Below are positions 27,750-36,883 of a stretch of DNA of 47,360 nucleotides, one piece after another (the stretch's first letter is position 1; the number at the start of each line of letters is the position of its first letter). The stretch covers positions 1 through 47,360 of the forward strand of contig JARKOL010000044.1 in NCBI GenBank assembly GCA_029975745.1, in the 5' to 3' direction. Both the position numbers and the translations under genes were made by a program. Source of the DNA: Myxococcota bacterium. Its GTDB lineage: Bacteria; Myxococcota_A; UBA9042; DTJE01. A model generated the notes under the pieces. It did no database searches. It worked only from the letters and a program-made list of their open reading frames with translations, and had not been told where the DNA came from.

Positions 27750-29104
27750 ACATCCGCGACAACGTGCTGGACGCCATCGGGAACACGCCGCTGATCCGGC
27801 TGAACCGGGTGGGCGACGGCCTGAAGGCGACCCTGCTGGCCAAGGTCGAGTGCGTCAACCCGGGCGGCAGCATCAAGGACCGCATCGGGCGGGCGATGAT
27901 CGAGGACGCCGAGCGGCGCGGACTGCTGCGGCCGGGCGGCACCATCGTCGAGGCCACCGCGGGCAACACCGGGGCGGGGCTGGCCATTGCCGCCGCCTGC
28001 AAGGGCTACCGGTGCCTCTTCGTGCTGCCCGACAAGATGAGCGGCGACAAGGTCGATCTGCTGCGGGCCTTCGGGGCCGAGGTCGTGATCACGCCGACCT
28101 CGGTGCCGCCCGATTCGCCCGAGAGCTACAACGGGGTGGCCGACCGGCTGGCCCGCGAGATCCCGGGTGCCTGGCGGCCGAGCCAGTTCGAAAACCCCGC
28201 GAACCCCGAGGTCCACTACCGCACCACGGGGCCCGAGATCTGGCGGGATGCCGGCGGGCGGATCGACGTGCTGGTGGCGGGCATGGGCACCGGCGGGACG
28301 ATCTCGGGGGTCGGCCGCTACCTGAAGGAACAGGACCCGCGGATCGTCGTGGTGGGCGCCGACCCCGCCGGGTCGATCCTGTCGGGTGACACGCCGCGCC
28401 CGTATCTGGTGGAGGGCATCGGCGAGGATTTCGTGCCCGCGACGTTCGACCGCCAGGTCGTCGATGAGTTCGTCCGCGTCACGGACGCCGAGTCGTTCGC
28501 GATGACGCGGCGCCTGGCCCGCGAGGAGGGCCTGCTGGTCGGCGGGTCGGCCGGGACGGCCACGGCCGCGGCGGTCAGGTACGCCCAGCGGCTGCCCGAG
28601 GGCACGGTCGTGGTCGTGGTGCTGCCCGACGGGGGCCGGAACTACCTGACCCGGATCTTCTCGGACGCGTGGATGCGGGAGCGGGGCTTCCTGCCCGCCC
28701 CCGGACCGCGCCACACCGTGGCGGACGTCCTGGCCGCCAAGGGGACGGGCCTGCCCCCGCTGGTGTCGATCTGCCCGGACGCGCCCGCGGCGGACGCGAT
28801 CCGGCTGCTGGAAGCGCACGACATTTCGCAGATCCCCGTGCTGGAGGACGGCCGCGCGGTCGGCTGCCTGAACGAGGCGATCCTGCTGAAGCTGCTGTAC
28901 GACGGCATCGACCTGGCCGCGCGCCCCGTCCGCGAACTGATGGGACGGCCGCTGCCCGAGGTCGCGCAGGATGCCGACGTGGGCGAGGCATACCGTCTGC
29001 TGATCTCGGGCAGCACCGGCGTCCTGGTGACGCACCGCGAGTGCCCGTTGGGGCTGCTGGCCCGCATCGACCTGATCGACTTCCTGGCGGCGCATCGTCA
29101 GTGA
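27746..29104 (+). CDS. cbs: Cystathionine beta-synthase / cysteine synthase family enzyme with a C-terminal CBS domain pair
   Basis: IGNTPL, NPGGSIKDR, EATAGNTG, GMGTGGT, EGIG, PDGGRNYL; CBS pair (ISQIPV). Confidence 0.92.
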   Translation: MNIRDNVLDAIGNTPLIRLNRVGDGLKATLLAKVECVNPGGSIKDRIGRAMIEDAERRGLLRPGGTIVEATAGNTGAGLAIAAACKGYRCLFVLPDKMSGDKVDLLRAFGAEVVITPTSVPPDSPESYNGVADRLAREIPGAWRPSQFENPANPEVHYRTTGPEIWRDAGGRIDVLVAGMGTGGTISGVGRYLKEQDPRIVVVGADPAGSILSGDTPRPYLVEGIGEDFVPATFDRQVVDEFVRVTDAESFAMTRRLAREEGLLVGGSAGTATAAAVRYAQRLPEGTVVVVVLPDGGRNYLTRIFSDAWMRERGFLPAPGPRHTVADVLAAKGTGLPPLVSICPDAPAADAIRLLEAHDISQIPVLEDGRAVGCLNEAILLKLLYDGIDLAARPVRELMGRPLPEVAQDADVGEAYRLLISGSTGVLVTHRECPLGLLARIDLIDFLAAHRQ

Positions 29105-29172
29105 AGCGGATTGATTGACTGACTCATGTTACTCGTGGTACGGAGTGCGGCGACCTTCGGGAGGGCTTGTCG

Positions 29173-29601
29173 ATGCGCCTATCGACTCGCGGACGGTACG
29201 GGCTCCGCATCATGGTGGACCTGGCGATGCATCACGGGCATGGCCCCGTGGGCGTCGATGCCATCGCCGCGCGGCAGGGGGTCTCGGCGAACTACATCCA
29301 CGTCCTGGCGGGCGCCTTGAAGTCCGCGTCGCTGATTCGCACGGTGCGTGGCCATGGCGGGGGCTACGAGCTGGCCCTGACTCCCTCCCGGATCACCGCC
29401 CTGGACGTCGTTCGGGCCCTCGAGGGCGGACACGCTCCGGTGGAGTGCGTCGAGGATGCCTCGCGATGCACTCGCTCGCACGCTTGTCCCACGCGGGACG
29501 TCTGGTGTCAGGTCGCGACGGCGGTGGATCGGGTCCTGGCGGGACTGACGCTGGCGCAGCTGGCGACGGTGCCGTCGCAGGCGCCCGAATACTGCATCTG
29601 A
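29173..29601 (+). CDS. Rrf2 family transcriptional regulator (IscR/CymR-like) with three Cys
   Basis: MRLSTRGRYGLR, RGHGGGYEL, C-x6-C-x5-C cluster motif. Confidence 0.92.
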   Translation: MRLSTRGRYGLRIMVDLAMHHGHGPVGVDAIAARQGVSANYIHVLAGALKSASLIRTVRGHGGGYELALTPSRITALDVVRALEGGHAPVECVEDASRCTRSHACPTRDVWCQVATAVDRVLAGLTLAQLATVPSQAPEYCI

Positions 29602-29664
29602 CGCGTGTGGGCCCGGTCGTCCGGACCGGCGGGCCCGACGGGATCGTCGCCCCGGGAGTCCCTC

Positions 29665-30807
29665 GTGACGCGTATCTACCTGGACCACAACGCGACGACG
29701 CCGCTGGACCCGGAGGTCCGCGAGACGATGTGCGCGTCCCTGTCCGAGGCGCCGGGCAACCCCTCCAGCCTGCACGCCTGGGGCCAGGCGGCGCGTCGGA
29801 CGATCGACCGCGCGCGGGCACAGGTGGCCGGCCTGGTCGGCGCTCTGCCCGAGCACATCGTGTTCACCGGCAGCGGAACCGAGGCGGACAACCTGGCGAT
29901 CCTGGGCGTCGTCGGGCGATCGCGGCGTCCTCACCTGGTCACCACCTCGATCGAGCACCAGGCCGTCCTCAACCCCTGTCGGCACGTCGCCGAGGCCGGC
30001 GGCGCCGTGGAATTCGTCCCTGTCGAGGCGGACGGCCGTATCGACCCGGCGCGCGTGCTGGCGTCGGTCCGCGACGGTACCGCCCTGGTCTCGGTCATGC
30101 TGGCCAACAACGACGTCGGGACGATCCAGCCGGTCGAGGCCCTGTCCAGCGCCCTGCGTGCGCGGGGCGTGCTGCTGCACACCGACGCGGTCCAGGCGGC
30201 GGGTCGGATCCCGGTGAACGTGGCGACCCTGGGCATCGACCTGCTGTCGTTCTCGGCCCACAAGCTTCACGGTCCCCAGGGTATCGGCGCCCTGTTCGTC
30301 CGTCCGGGGACACCCCTGGCCCCGATTGCGTTCGGGGGACGGCAGGAGCGGGGGCTTCGCCCGGGCACCGAGAACGTTGCCGCAATCGCCGGCTTCGGAA
30401 AGGCCTGCGATCTGGCGGCCGCGCGCCTGGCTGCCGACGCGACCCGGGTCCGCACGCTGCGTGATCGCTTCGAAGCCCTGGTCCTGGCGCGCATCCCGGG
30501 TACCGCGATCAACGGCGCCAGCGCCCCGCGTTTGCCGAACACCTCGAACCTGACGTTCGCAGGGCTCGACGGCGAGATGCTGGTCATTCACCTGGACCTG
30601 CTGGGGCTTGCGGCCTCCACCGGGTCCGCATGCACCGCGACGGACGGCAGCGCCTCGCACGTGCTGATTGCGATGGGGGTGTCGTCCGCGGTTGCGCGTT
30701 CCTCGGTCCGGTTCTCGTTCGGGCGGGGACATGGGGAGGCCGACGTGGAACTCGCCGTCGATCTGCTGGCGCGCGCCGTGGCGTTGATGCGCGGGGAGTC
30801 CTTGTGA
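29665..30807 (+). CDS. iscS: Cysteine desulfurase (IscS/NifS type)
   Basis: IYLDHNATT, GNPSS, HTDAVQ, SAHKLHGP, RPGTEN, STGSAC (catalytic Cys). Confidence 0.95.
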   Translation: MTRIYLDHNATTPLDPEVRETMCASLSEAPGNPSSLHAWGQAARRTIDRARAQVAGLVGALPEHIVFTGSGTEADNLAILGVVGRSRRPHLVTTSIEHQAVLNPCRHVAEAGGAVEFVPVEADGRIDPARVLASVRDGTALVSVMLANNDVGTIQPVEALSSALRARGVLLHTDAVQAAGRIPVNVATLGIDLLSFSAHKLHGPQGIGALFVRPGTPLAPIAFGGRQERGLRPGTENVAAIAGFGKACDLAAARLAADATRVRTLRDRFEALVLARIPGTAINGASAPRLPNTSNLTFAGLDGEMLVIHLDLLGLAASTGSACTATDGSASHVLIAMGVSSAVARSSVRFSFGRGHGEADVELAVDLLARAVALMRGESL

Positions 30808-31916
30808 TGCCAGTCTCGGGATCCTCGCAGGCGTGCGTGCCGCGTCGGGTCGTCGTGGCCCTGAGCGGCGGGGTGGACAGCAGCGTCGCCGCGGTGCTTG
30901 CGCGGGATCTTGGTGCCGACGCCATCGGGGTGACGCTGCAATTGCGCCGGTGCGAGGAGGCCGGGGCGGGCCGCTCCTGCTGCGGCATCGACGGGGTCAC
31001 TCGCGCCCGTGCGGTCGCCGGTTGCCTGGGGATCCCGCACTACGCGATCGACTGCTCGCGGGAGTTCGAGGACCGGGTATTGCGGCCCGCCTGGGATGCG
31101 TACGCGCGGGGCAGGACTCCGAGTCCCTGCCTGCCGTGCAATCGCCACATCAAGTTCGGCATGCTGCTGGCCTGGGCCCGCCGGGCCGGTGCCACGGCGG
31201 TGGTCACCGGCCACTACGCGCGCATCCTTCGGGTTCCGGGCGAAGGTCCCGGACTGTTTCGCGCGCTGGACCGGGATCGGGACCAGTCGTACTTCCTGGC
31301 CTCCCTTCCCCGGGAAGCGCTGGATGCGGTCGCGTTCCCGCTGGGCATCCTGACCAAGTCCGAGGTGCGGGCCATCGCCGGCGCGAGGGGCCTGCCGACC
31401 TTCCAGACGCCCGACAGCCAGGATGCCTGCCTGACCGCGCCGGGCCAGTCGTTCGCCGAGATGCTGCGCTTGCGATTCGGTGGCCAGCCGCGTCCCGGCG
31501 CCGTCGAGGACGAGAGCGGGCGGGTACTGGGCCGGCATCCGGGCATCCACGACTTCACGGTGGGCCAACGAAAGGGGATGGGCATCGCCTCCCGCGGACG
31601 CCTGTGGGTCCGAGCCATCCGCTCCGAGGACGCAGCCCTGGTTGTCACGGACCGTCCAGAGGGCTTGGACACCCGGGGGATGCGGGTCCGGGACGTGAAC
31701 TGGCTGGTCGATGGCCCAGCGGGATCCGCTCGGGGGTGCCAGGTCCAGGTCCGGTCTGGCCACGCCGCCGCACCCGCCACCATCGAGGTCCGCGATGACG
31801 GCGCGGTTCAGGCGACCTTCGCAAGGCCCGTTCGCGCGGTCGCCCCTGGCCAGGCTGCGGTGTTCTATGACGGGGATCGTGTCCTGGGACAGGGGTGGAT
31901 TGATGCGACCGACTGA
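30807..31916 (+). CDS. mnmA: tRNA 2-thiouridine(34) synthase MnmA
   Basis: SGGVDS, SCC, TPSPCLPCN, TGHYAR, DQSYFL, DSQDAC, FTVGQRKG, APGQAAVFY. Confidence 0.95.
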   Translation: MPVSGSSQACVPRRVVVALSGGVDSSVAAVLARDLGADAIGVTLQLRRCEEAGAGRSCCGIDGVTRARAVAGCLGIPHYAIDCSREFEDRVLRPAWDAYARGRTPSPCLPCNRHIKFGMLLAWARRAGATAVVTGHYARILRVPGEGPGLFRALDRDRDQSYFLASLPREALDAVAFPLGILTKSEVRAIAGARGLPTFQTPDSQDACLTAPGQSFAEMLRLRFGGQPRPGAVEDESGRVLGRHPGIHDFTVGQRKGMGIASRGRLWVRAIRSEDAALVVTDRPEGLDTRGMRVRDVNWLVDGPAGSARGCQVQVRSGHAAAPATIEVRDDGAVQATFARPVRAVAPGQAAVFYDGDRVLGQGWIDATD

Positions 31917-32955
31917 CGCGTGCCATGCCCACGGCGCTCCGGAGGATTCGCGGTTCGCGCGGCAGCACGTCCTGGAGGAGATTGGGCCCGCCGGCCAGGC
32001 GCGCCTTGCCTCCGCAACCGTGGCGATCGTGGGCTGCGGGGCGCTGGGGTCCATGCAGGCCGACCTGCTGGCACGGGCCGGGATCGGCCGGCTGATCCTG
32101 ATCGACCGCGACATTGTCCAGACGACCGACCTGCACCGCCAGTGCCTGTACGACGAACGCGACGCCCGCGAGGCGTGGCCGAAGCCGCTGGCCGCCGCCC
32201 GCCGTCTGAAGGCCATCGACCCGGCGGTCGCGACCGATCCGGTGACGGCCGACCTGATCGCCGCGAACGCCGAGGCGATCCTGCGGCCGGCCGACCTGGT
32301 GATGGACGGCACGGACAACTTTCCGACCCGATACCTGCTGAACGACGTCGCGGTGCGAACGGCCAGGCCCTGGGTCTACGGGGGCGTCGTGGGCACGCTG
32401 GGTACCGTGATGGCGGTGCTTCCCGGTCGCGGACCGTGTCTTCGTTGCATCGCCCCGGACCTTCCGGACGCCACCAGTCTTCCGACCTGCCGCTCGCACG
32501 GCGTGCTGAACGCCGCGGTGGCCTGGGTGGCGGCGCTCCAGGTGTCCTTCGCGCTTCGGATCCTGCTGGACGCGTCGGAGCACGAACCCCGTCTTCATGA
32601 TCTCGACGTATGGCGGGGGCTCGCACGCGCGGTCCGGGTCGTTCGCGACCCGGCCTGTCCCTGTTGCGGGCACGGACGCTTCGAGTTCCTGGATGCGCCC
32701 CCTGACATGACCGCGACGGTATTGTGCGGACGGAACGCGGTCCAGTTGACGCCGGCGGCCCCGGGGCCGGTGGACCTGGCCGCCCTTCGCGAGCGCCTGG
32801 CTGCGCACGGTGACGCCGCGATCCGCGGGGCCTTGCTGGAATTCGCTTCCGGGGACGATCGGATGGTGATCCTTTCGGATGGTCGGGTGCTGGTTCTGGG
32901 TACGACCGATGTTGCGTTGGCCAGAACCGTCCTGGCCCGATACCTGGAAGCCTGA
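31903..32955 (+). CDS. ThiF/MoeB family adenylyltransferase
   Basis: RFARQ, GCGALG, DRD, LHRQ, DGTDNF, CLRC and CPCC zinc motifs; C-terminal LCGRNAVQ extension. Confidence 0.92.
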   Translation: MRPTDACHAHGAPEDSRFARQHVLEEIGPAGQARLASATVAIVGCGALGSMQADLLARAGIGRLILIDRDIVQTTDLHRQCLYDERDAREAWPKPLAAARRLKAIDPAVATDPVTADLIAANAEAILRPADLVMDGTDNFPTRYLLNDVAVRTARPWVYGGVVGTLGTVMAVLPGRGPCLRCIAPDLPDATSLPTCRSHGVLNAAVAWVAALQVSFALRILLDASEHEPRLHDLDVWRGLARAVRVVRDPACPCCGHGRFEFLDAPPDMTATVLCGRNAVQLTPAAPGPVDLAALRERLAAHGDAAIRGALLEFASGDDRMVILSDGRVLVLGTTDVALARTVLARYLEA

Positions 32956-32999
32956 AGGATGGGCGATGGGCGATGCGTTCGCGGGATGGGGGGGCTGTC

Positions 33000-33389
33000 A
33001 TGGAACGTAGCGAACTGATGGCGTGGCTTCGCGAGGGACGTGACGAGTTCTTGGAGGTACTGTGGAGGAGGGCGGACACCACAAGAAGGCGCTCGGTCGG
33101 TGACGCGGTCCACCTTCGGGGGCTGATCGAAATCTCGAACCATTGTTCGCGGCGTTGCCACTATTGCGGACTGCGCATCGACAACCGCGCCCTGGAGCGC
33201 TACCGGATGACCGCGGACGAGATCCTGGACTGCGCCGTCCAGGCATCACAGTTCGGATACGGGACCGTCGTCCTGCAGGCCGGTGAGGACCCTGGCCTCA
33301 GTACCGACTGGGTGGCGTCCGTGGTCCGCAACATCAATCCGGGGGCGCATCCTGTCGATCGGAAGGACCGTGGGGATCGGCCCGGGTAG
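33000..33389 (+). pseudogene. hydE: Truncated HydE/BioB-like radical SAM gene
   Basis: VHLRGLIEISNHC-x3-C-x2-CGLR...RYRM...TVVLQAGED. Similarity stops after about 112 aa, well short of a full radical SAM barrel. Confidence 0.75.
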
Positions 33390-33395
33390 CGCGAT

Positions 33396-34088
33396 TCAGT
33401 CGCTCTCGAAGGGATAGCCGGCGTTCTTCCAGGCGATCATGCCGCCGTCCAGGTAGCGGATGGCCCGGTAGCCTCGGGCGACCAACTGATTGCCGGCACT
33501 TGTGCTCATGGAATTGGTCAGGCAGTAGATGACCGTTCTGCGGTCCACGTCCGCCCCAATGTAGGCGGCGATCGCATCGACGTTCGCGTAGGTCAGGTGG
33601 GTGTCGGTCCCGGGGATCTGGCCCGCGTACGGGACGTGGACGTTGATCAGCAGGAAGTCCTTGGTTGCCATCTCGGCCTGCAGCACCGACGGAGACACCT
33701 TCCCCAGGCTGGCCGGTCCGACGCCGGGATCCGGCGTGCCCGGATCCGCGGGGCCGGGGTCCGGGGGACCGTCATCCCCGGGCACGTCCGGATCGGCGGG
33801 GCCGGAATCCGGAAGACCTTCGTCCCCGGGCACGTCGGCCGCGGACACGTCGGAGCCGCCCGAATCGCCGGGATCGACCGCGACATCCTCCGTCGGGACA
33901 TCCGCGCAGCCGCAGCCCGGACCATCGAGCCCGTCCATCGACGAGTCGCAACCCGCCAATGAGGTCATCCCGACAATCGTCACCATGGTGGCCAGCAGCC
34001 GAGTCCCGGGGCCTGTGGCACGCAGCAACGTCTCCAATGCGACACCTCGCGGCTGGGAATCATCCGTCCAACGGGTACGGGCCGTCAT
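33396..34088 (-). CDS. Rhodanese-domain lipoprotein with an Asp/Pro/Gly-rich linker
   Basis: LAGC lipobox; LINVH, IPGT, IYC active-site loop, LDGGMIAW. Confidence 0.85.
   Translation of the reverse strand: MTARTRWTDDSQPRGVALETLLRATGPGTRLLATMVTIVGMTSLAGCDSSMDGLDGPGCGCADVPTEDVAVDPGDSGGSDVSAADVPGDEGLPDSGPADPDVPGDDGPPDPGPADPGTPDPGVGPASLGKVSPSVLQAEMATKDFLLINVHVPYAGQIPGTDTHLTYANVDAIAAYIGADVDRRTVIYCLTNSMSTSAGNQLVARGYRAIRYLDGGMIAWKNAGYPFESD
33741..33836 (-). repeat. 48-bp tandem duplication (DVPGD.G.PD.GPADP x2)
   Basis: CCCCGGGCACGTC recurs at 48-bp spacing. Confidence 0.75.
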
Positions 34089-34112
34089 GTGAAGCCTGCG
34101 GCCCTGGAAGCA

Positions 34113-34727
34113 TCATCGAAGGGCCTTCTGTCGGGCCGACGTGTCCGTGAACCGGAACAGCAGCGCCTCCTCACAGGCGGCGACACTGTCGCTGTCCAGC
34201 TCTCCGTGGAGGATGCGCAACCGGCCCGACTTCCAGGTTCGGTCCCAGCGGTTGATACTTCCCATATCGCCTTCAGGTGCCGGGCCACGGTAGGGGGTGC
34301 CCTTGCCCAGCCTCTTGGTCAACCCCCGGTAGACCTGCACGAAGAGCGGGTCGGTCTCGTAGTCTCCGTCCCACCCCGTTCGAAGTACCAGCCGGACCAG
34401 ACGTTCGTCTTCGAATCCGAAGTCCGCATAGAGGGACCCGCTGCCGGCCATCTCGTCGGGGTCGGCTGGAGGCGTCGCCAGGTCCGCTGTCAGGATCGAC
34501 AGTTTGCCCACAGGCTCGCCGGGTTCCGCCTCCGGGAAGAGGGCCTTCACCTGGTCCGGTGAGGTTCCGAACTGGATCGTTCGGGACCCCAGTTCCACAA
34601 CGTCGTCCGCCATGGCGGCCTTTGCCCGGGAGGCCTTCTTGGCAGGCCGAGCAAAGGCGTCGCCTCCCACGGCCAGCAACAGGGGCAGGGCCAGCAAGAA
34701 GGCGCGCGAAAGCAAGAACCTCGACAC
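34113..34727 (-). CDS. Hypothetical exported protein
   Basis: GGAGGT RBS before GTG; signal peptide ending AFA; upstream TTGACC-18-TACGCT promoter (34786-34757). Confidence 0.65.
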   Translation of the reverse strand: MSRFLLSRAFLLALPLLLAVGGDAFARPAKKASRAKAAMADDVVELGSRTIQFGTSPDQVKALFPEAEPGEPVGKLSILTADLATPPADPDEMAGSGSLYADFGFEDERLVRLVLRTGWDGDYETDPLFVQVYRGLTKRLGKGTPYRGPAPEGDMGSINRWDRTWKSGRLRILHGELDSDSVAACEEALLFRFTDTSARQKALR

Positions 34728-34873
34728 GGGACCTCCCGCACGCTGAGTCGTTTGGTAGCGTAATCGCCGCGGCCGCTTGCGGTCAAGTCGGAGGCAGTTC
34801 CGGGAGGGCTGGAGTTTTCCCCTGGTTCGAAGGCGAGTATCATCCCGCCCACCAGCCGAGAGGGGCAGGGCCC

Positions 34874-36883
34874 ATGCGTATCCTGTTGGTGAATCCCGGG
34901 AGCCGTGACGACATCCTGACGCGGGTCGTGCGCGAGATCCCGTTCCTGGACTCGGGGGCGTTCTTCGCGCCCCACGCGCTGGCGGCCGTCGCGGCGGTGA
35001 CTCCGCCGGGTCACGAAGTCCGCCTGCACGACGAGAACCTGCACGGTCCGGTGGACGGCCTGCTGGCGTCACAACCGTTCGACATCGTCGGCATCACGTT
35101 GACGACCAACCAGATGCGGCGGACGCTGGCGATCGTCGATACCTGCCGGAAGGTGTGCGCCGGGGCCCGGCTGGTGGTGGGGGGCATCGGGGCCGGGACG
35201 ATGCAGGGACGTCTGCACCAGCAGGTGGATACGCTGTTCTGGGGCGAGGTCGAGGACACGTGGCCCCGCTTCCTGGCCGACATGGCGGCGGGGCGTCCCG
35301 GGGCGGTCTACGAGCAGGTCGCCAAGCCGGACATGTCCAGGACGCCGATTCCGCGGTGGGACCTGATCGGACGGGACATGCCGCGCTACTGCGCCGCCTC
35401 GGTCCAGACGGCGCGAGGCTGTCCGTTCGACTGCGCGTTCTGCGACGTGATCTACACCTACGGGCGCAAGGTGCGCGTCAAGCCGATCGACCGGGTGCTG
35501 GACGAGGTGCGCCAGTTGGAGCGCCTGGGCGCCAAGATGGTGATGTTCGCGGACGACAACTTCGCGGCCAATCGCCCTTATGTCAAGGAGTTGCTGCGCA
35601 AGCTGGTGCCGCTGAACAACGGGTTCCGGCTGCCGCTGGGGTTTCTGACCCAGCTCGACATCACGATTGCCGAGGATGACGAACTGCTGGAACTGCTGGC
35701 CGACGCGAACTTCCTGGAGGTCCAGATCGGCATCGAGTCCACCAGCCCGGACTCGTTGCGGGACATGAACAAGCACCAGAACCTGCGCGGGGACATCGTC
35801 CAGTCGGTGCGCAAGATCCAGTCGTACGGCATCGTCGTGATGGCGCACATGATCATCGGGACGGACAGCGACGACCTGGGCGCGTTCGATCGGACAGCCC
35901 GCTTCCTTCGGGAGGCCGCGGTGACGCACCACCAGTGCCACCCGCTGATCGCGCCGCCAGGGACCCGCATGTGGTACCAACTGAAGCGCCAAGGACGGCT
36001 GATCGCGTTCTCGGACGACATGCGCGACAGGCTGGACATCACGACCAACATCCTTCCCGCCCGGATGACGCGCGCCGAGCTGATGGAGGGGATGGCCGAC
36101 TACTGGGACCAGGTCCATGACCCCCAGGACTACACGCGGCGGGCGCTGGACTTCCTGCACGGCATCGTGCGCAAGCCTCGGGTGAAGCAGGCGGTGCTGG
36201 CCGACCTGTGGCAGAACCGCAAGATGATCACCGGGGCGATGACGTACTTCACGCGCCACGTCGAGCCGGCGCATCGCAAGGCGTTCTTCGACGTGCTGAA
36301 GGAAACGCAGCGCGTGTCGGCGTCGCTGGTGCCGCGAATGATGTACGTCCACACCGGCTATCGGATGGACTACCTGCGGGCGCGCCACGCGGCGGCGATT
36401 GCCCGTGACCAGGCGGCGCTGGAGCGGGCGAATCCCGGGCTGGTGCAGGTGCTGTCCCGGCGGACGCACGTGGCCCAGGCAATTCGGGATCGGATGCCGG
36501 ACATTGCCCGGGTGGCGTACAACGCCATTCGGCCGCACGTCACGGATCGTGCGACCCTGTTCGCGGCGACCCTGTCCGCGGTGATCGACTACCACGATCG
36601 GTTCGGTCAGACCCTGGATGAATTCGACGACGTCCAGGCCGACCGGGTTGCGACGTCCTGCGAGCGCGTGCTGGCTGCGCGTGCGTCCGCGCCGACCCCG
36701 GCGGACGTGGCCGTCCTTTCGGACGGGCCCTCGACGTCCGACGCGCCGTCGAGCGACGAAGGTCTGTCATCGATGGGCGAACCCCCAGGGGGATTTGCTC
36801 GCGAGATCCTGGACGCGCTGGACCGGGCGATCAACGTGGCGCACGGGGGCTGGGAGGACGTCGAGTCGCTCGCGGACGCCTAG
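34874..36883 (+). CDS. B12-binding radical SAM protein with a C-terminal extension
   Basis: B12-binding-like N-terminus (DEN, VGIT, VVGG, GEVE); QTARGCPFDCAFC; FADDNF; IGIES; PGT. Confidence 0.9.
   Translation: MRILLVNPGSRDDILTRVVREIPFLDSGAFFAPHALAAVAAVTPPGHEVRLHDENLHGPVDGLLASQPFDIVGITLTTNQMRRTLAIVDTCRKVCAGARLVVGGIGAGTMQGRLHQQVDTLFWGEVEDTWPRFLADMAAGRPGAVYEQVAKPDMSRTPIPRWDLIGRDMPRYCAASVQTARGCPFDCAFCDVIYTYGRKVRVKPIDRVLDEVRQLERLGAKMVMFADDNFAANRPYVKELLRKLVPLNNGFRLPLGFLTQLDITIAEDDELLELLADANFLEVQIGIESTSPDSLRDMNKHQNLRGDIVQSVRKIQSYGIVVMAHMIIGTDSDDLGAFDRTARFLREAAVTHHQCHPLIAPPGTRMWYQLKRQGRLIAFSDDMRDRLDITTNILPARMTRAELMEGMADYWDQVHDPQDYTRRALDFLHGIVRKPRVKQAVLADLWQNRKMITGAMTYFTRHVEPAHRKAFFDVLKETQRVSASLVPRMMYVHTGYRMDYLRARHAAAIARDQAALERANPGLVQVLSRRTHVAQAIRDRMPDIARVAYNAIRPHVTDRATLFAATLSAVIDYHDRFGQTLDEFDDVQADRVATSCERVLAARASAPTPADVAVLSDGPSTSDAPSSDEGLSSMGEPPGGFAREILDALDRAINVAHGGWEDVESLADA

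Noticed and set aside
32958-32977. GATGGGC tandem repeat before hydE
   Set aside because: Only about 2.5 copies of 7 bp; not distinguishable from chance
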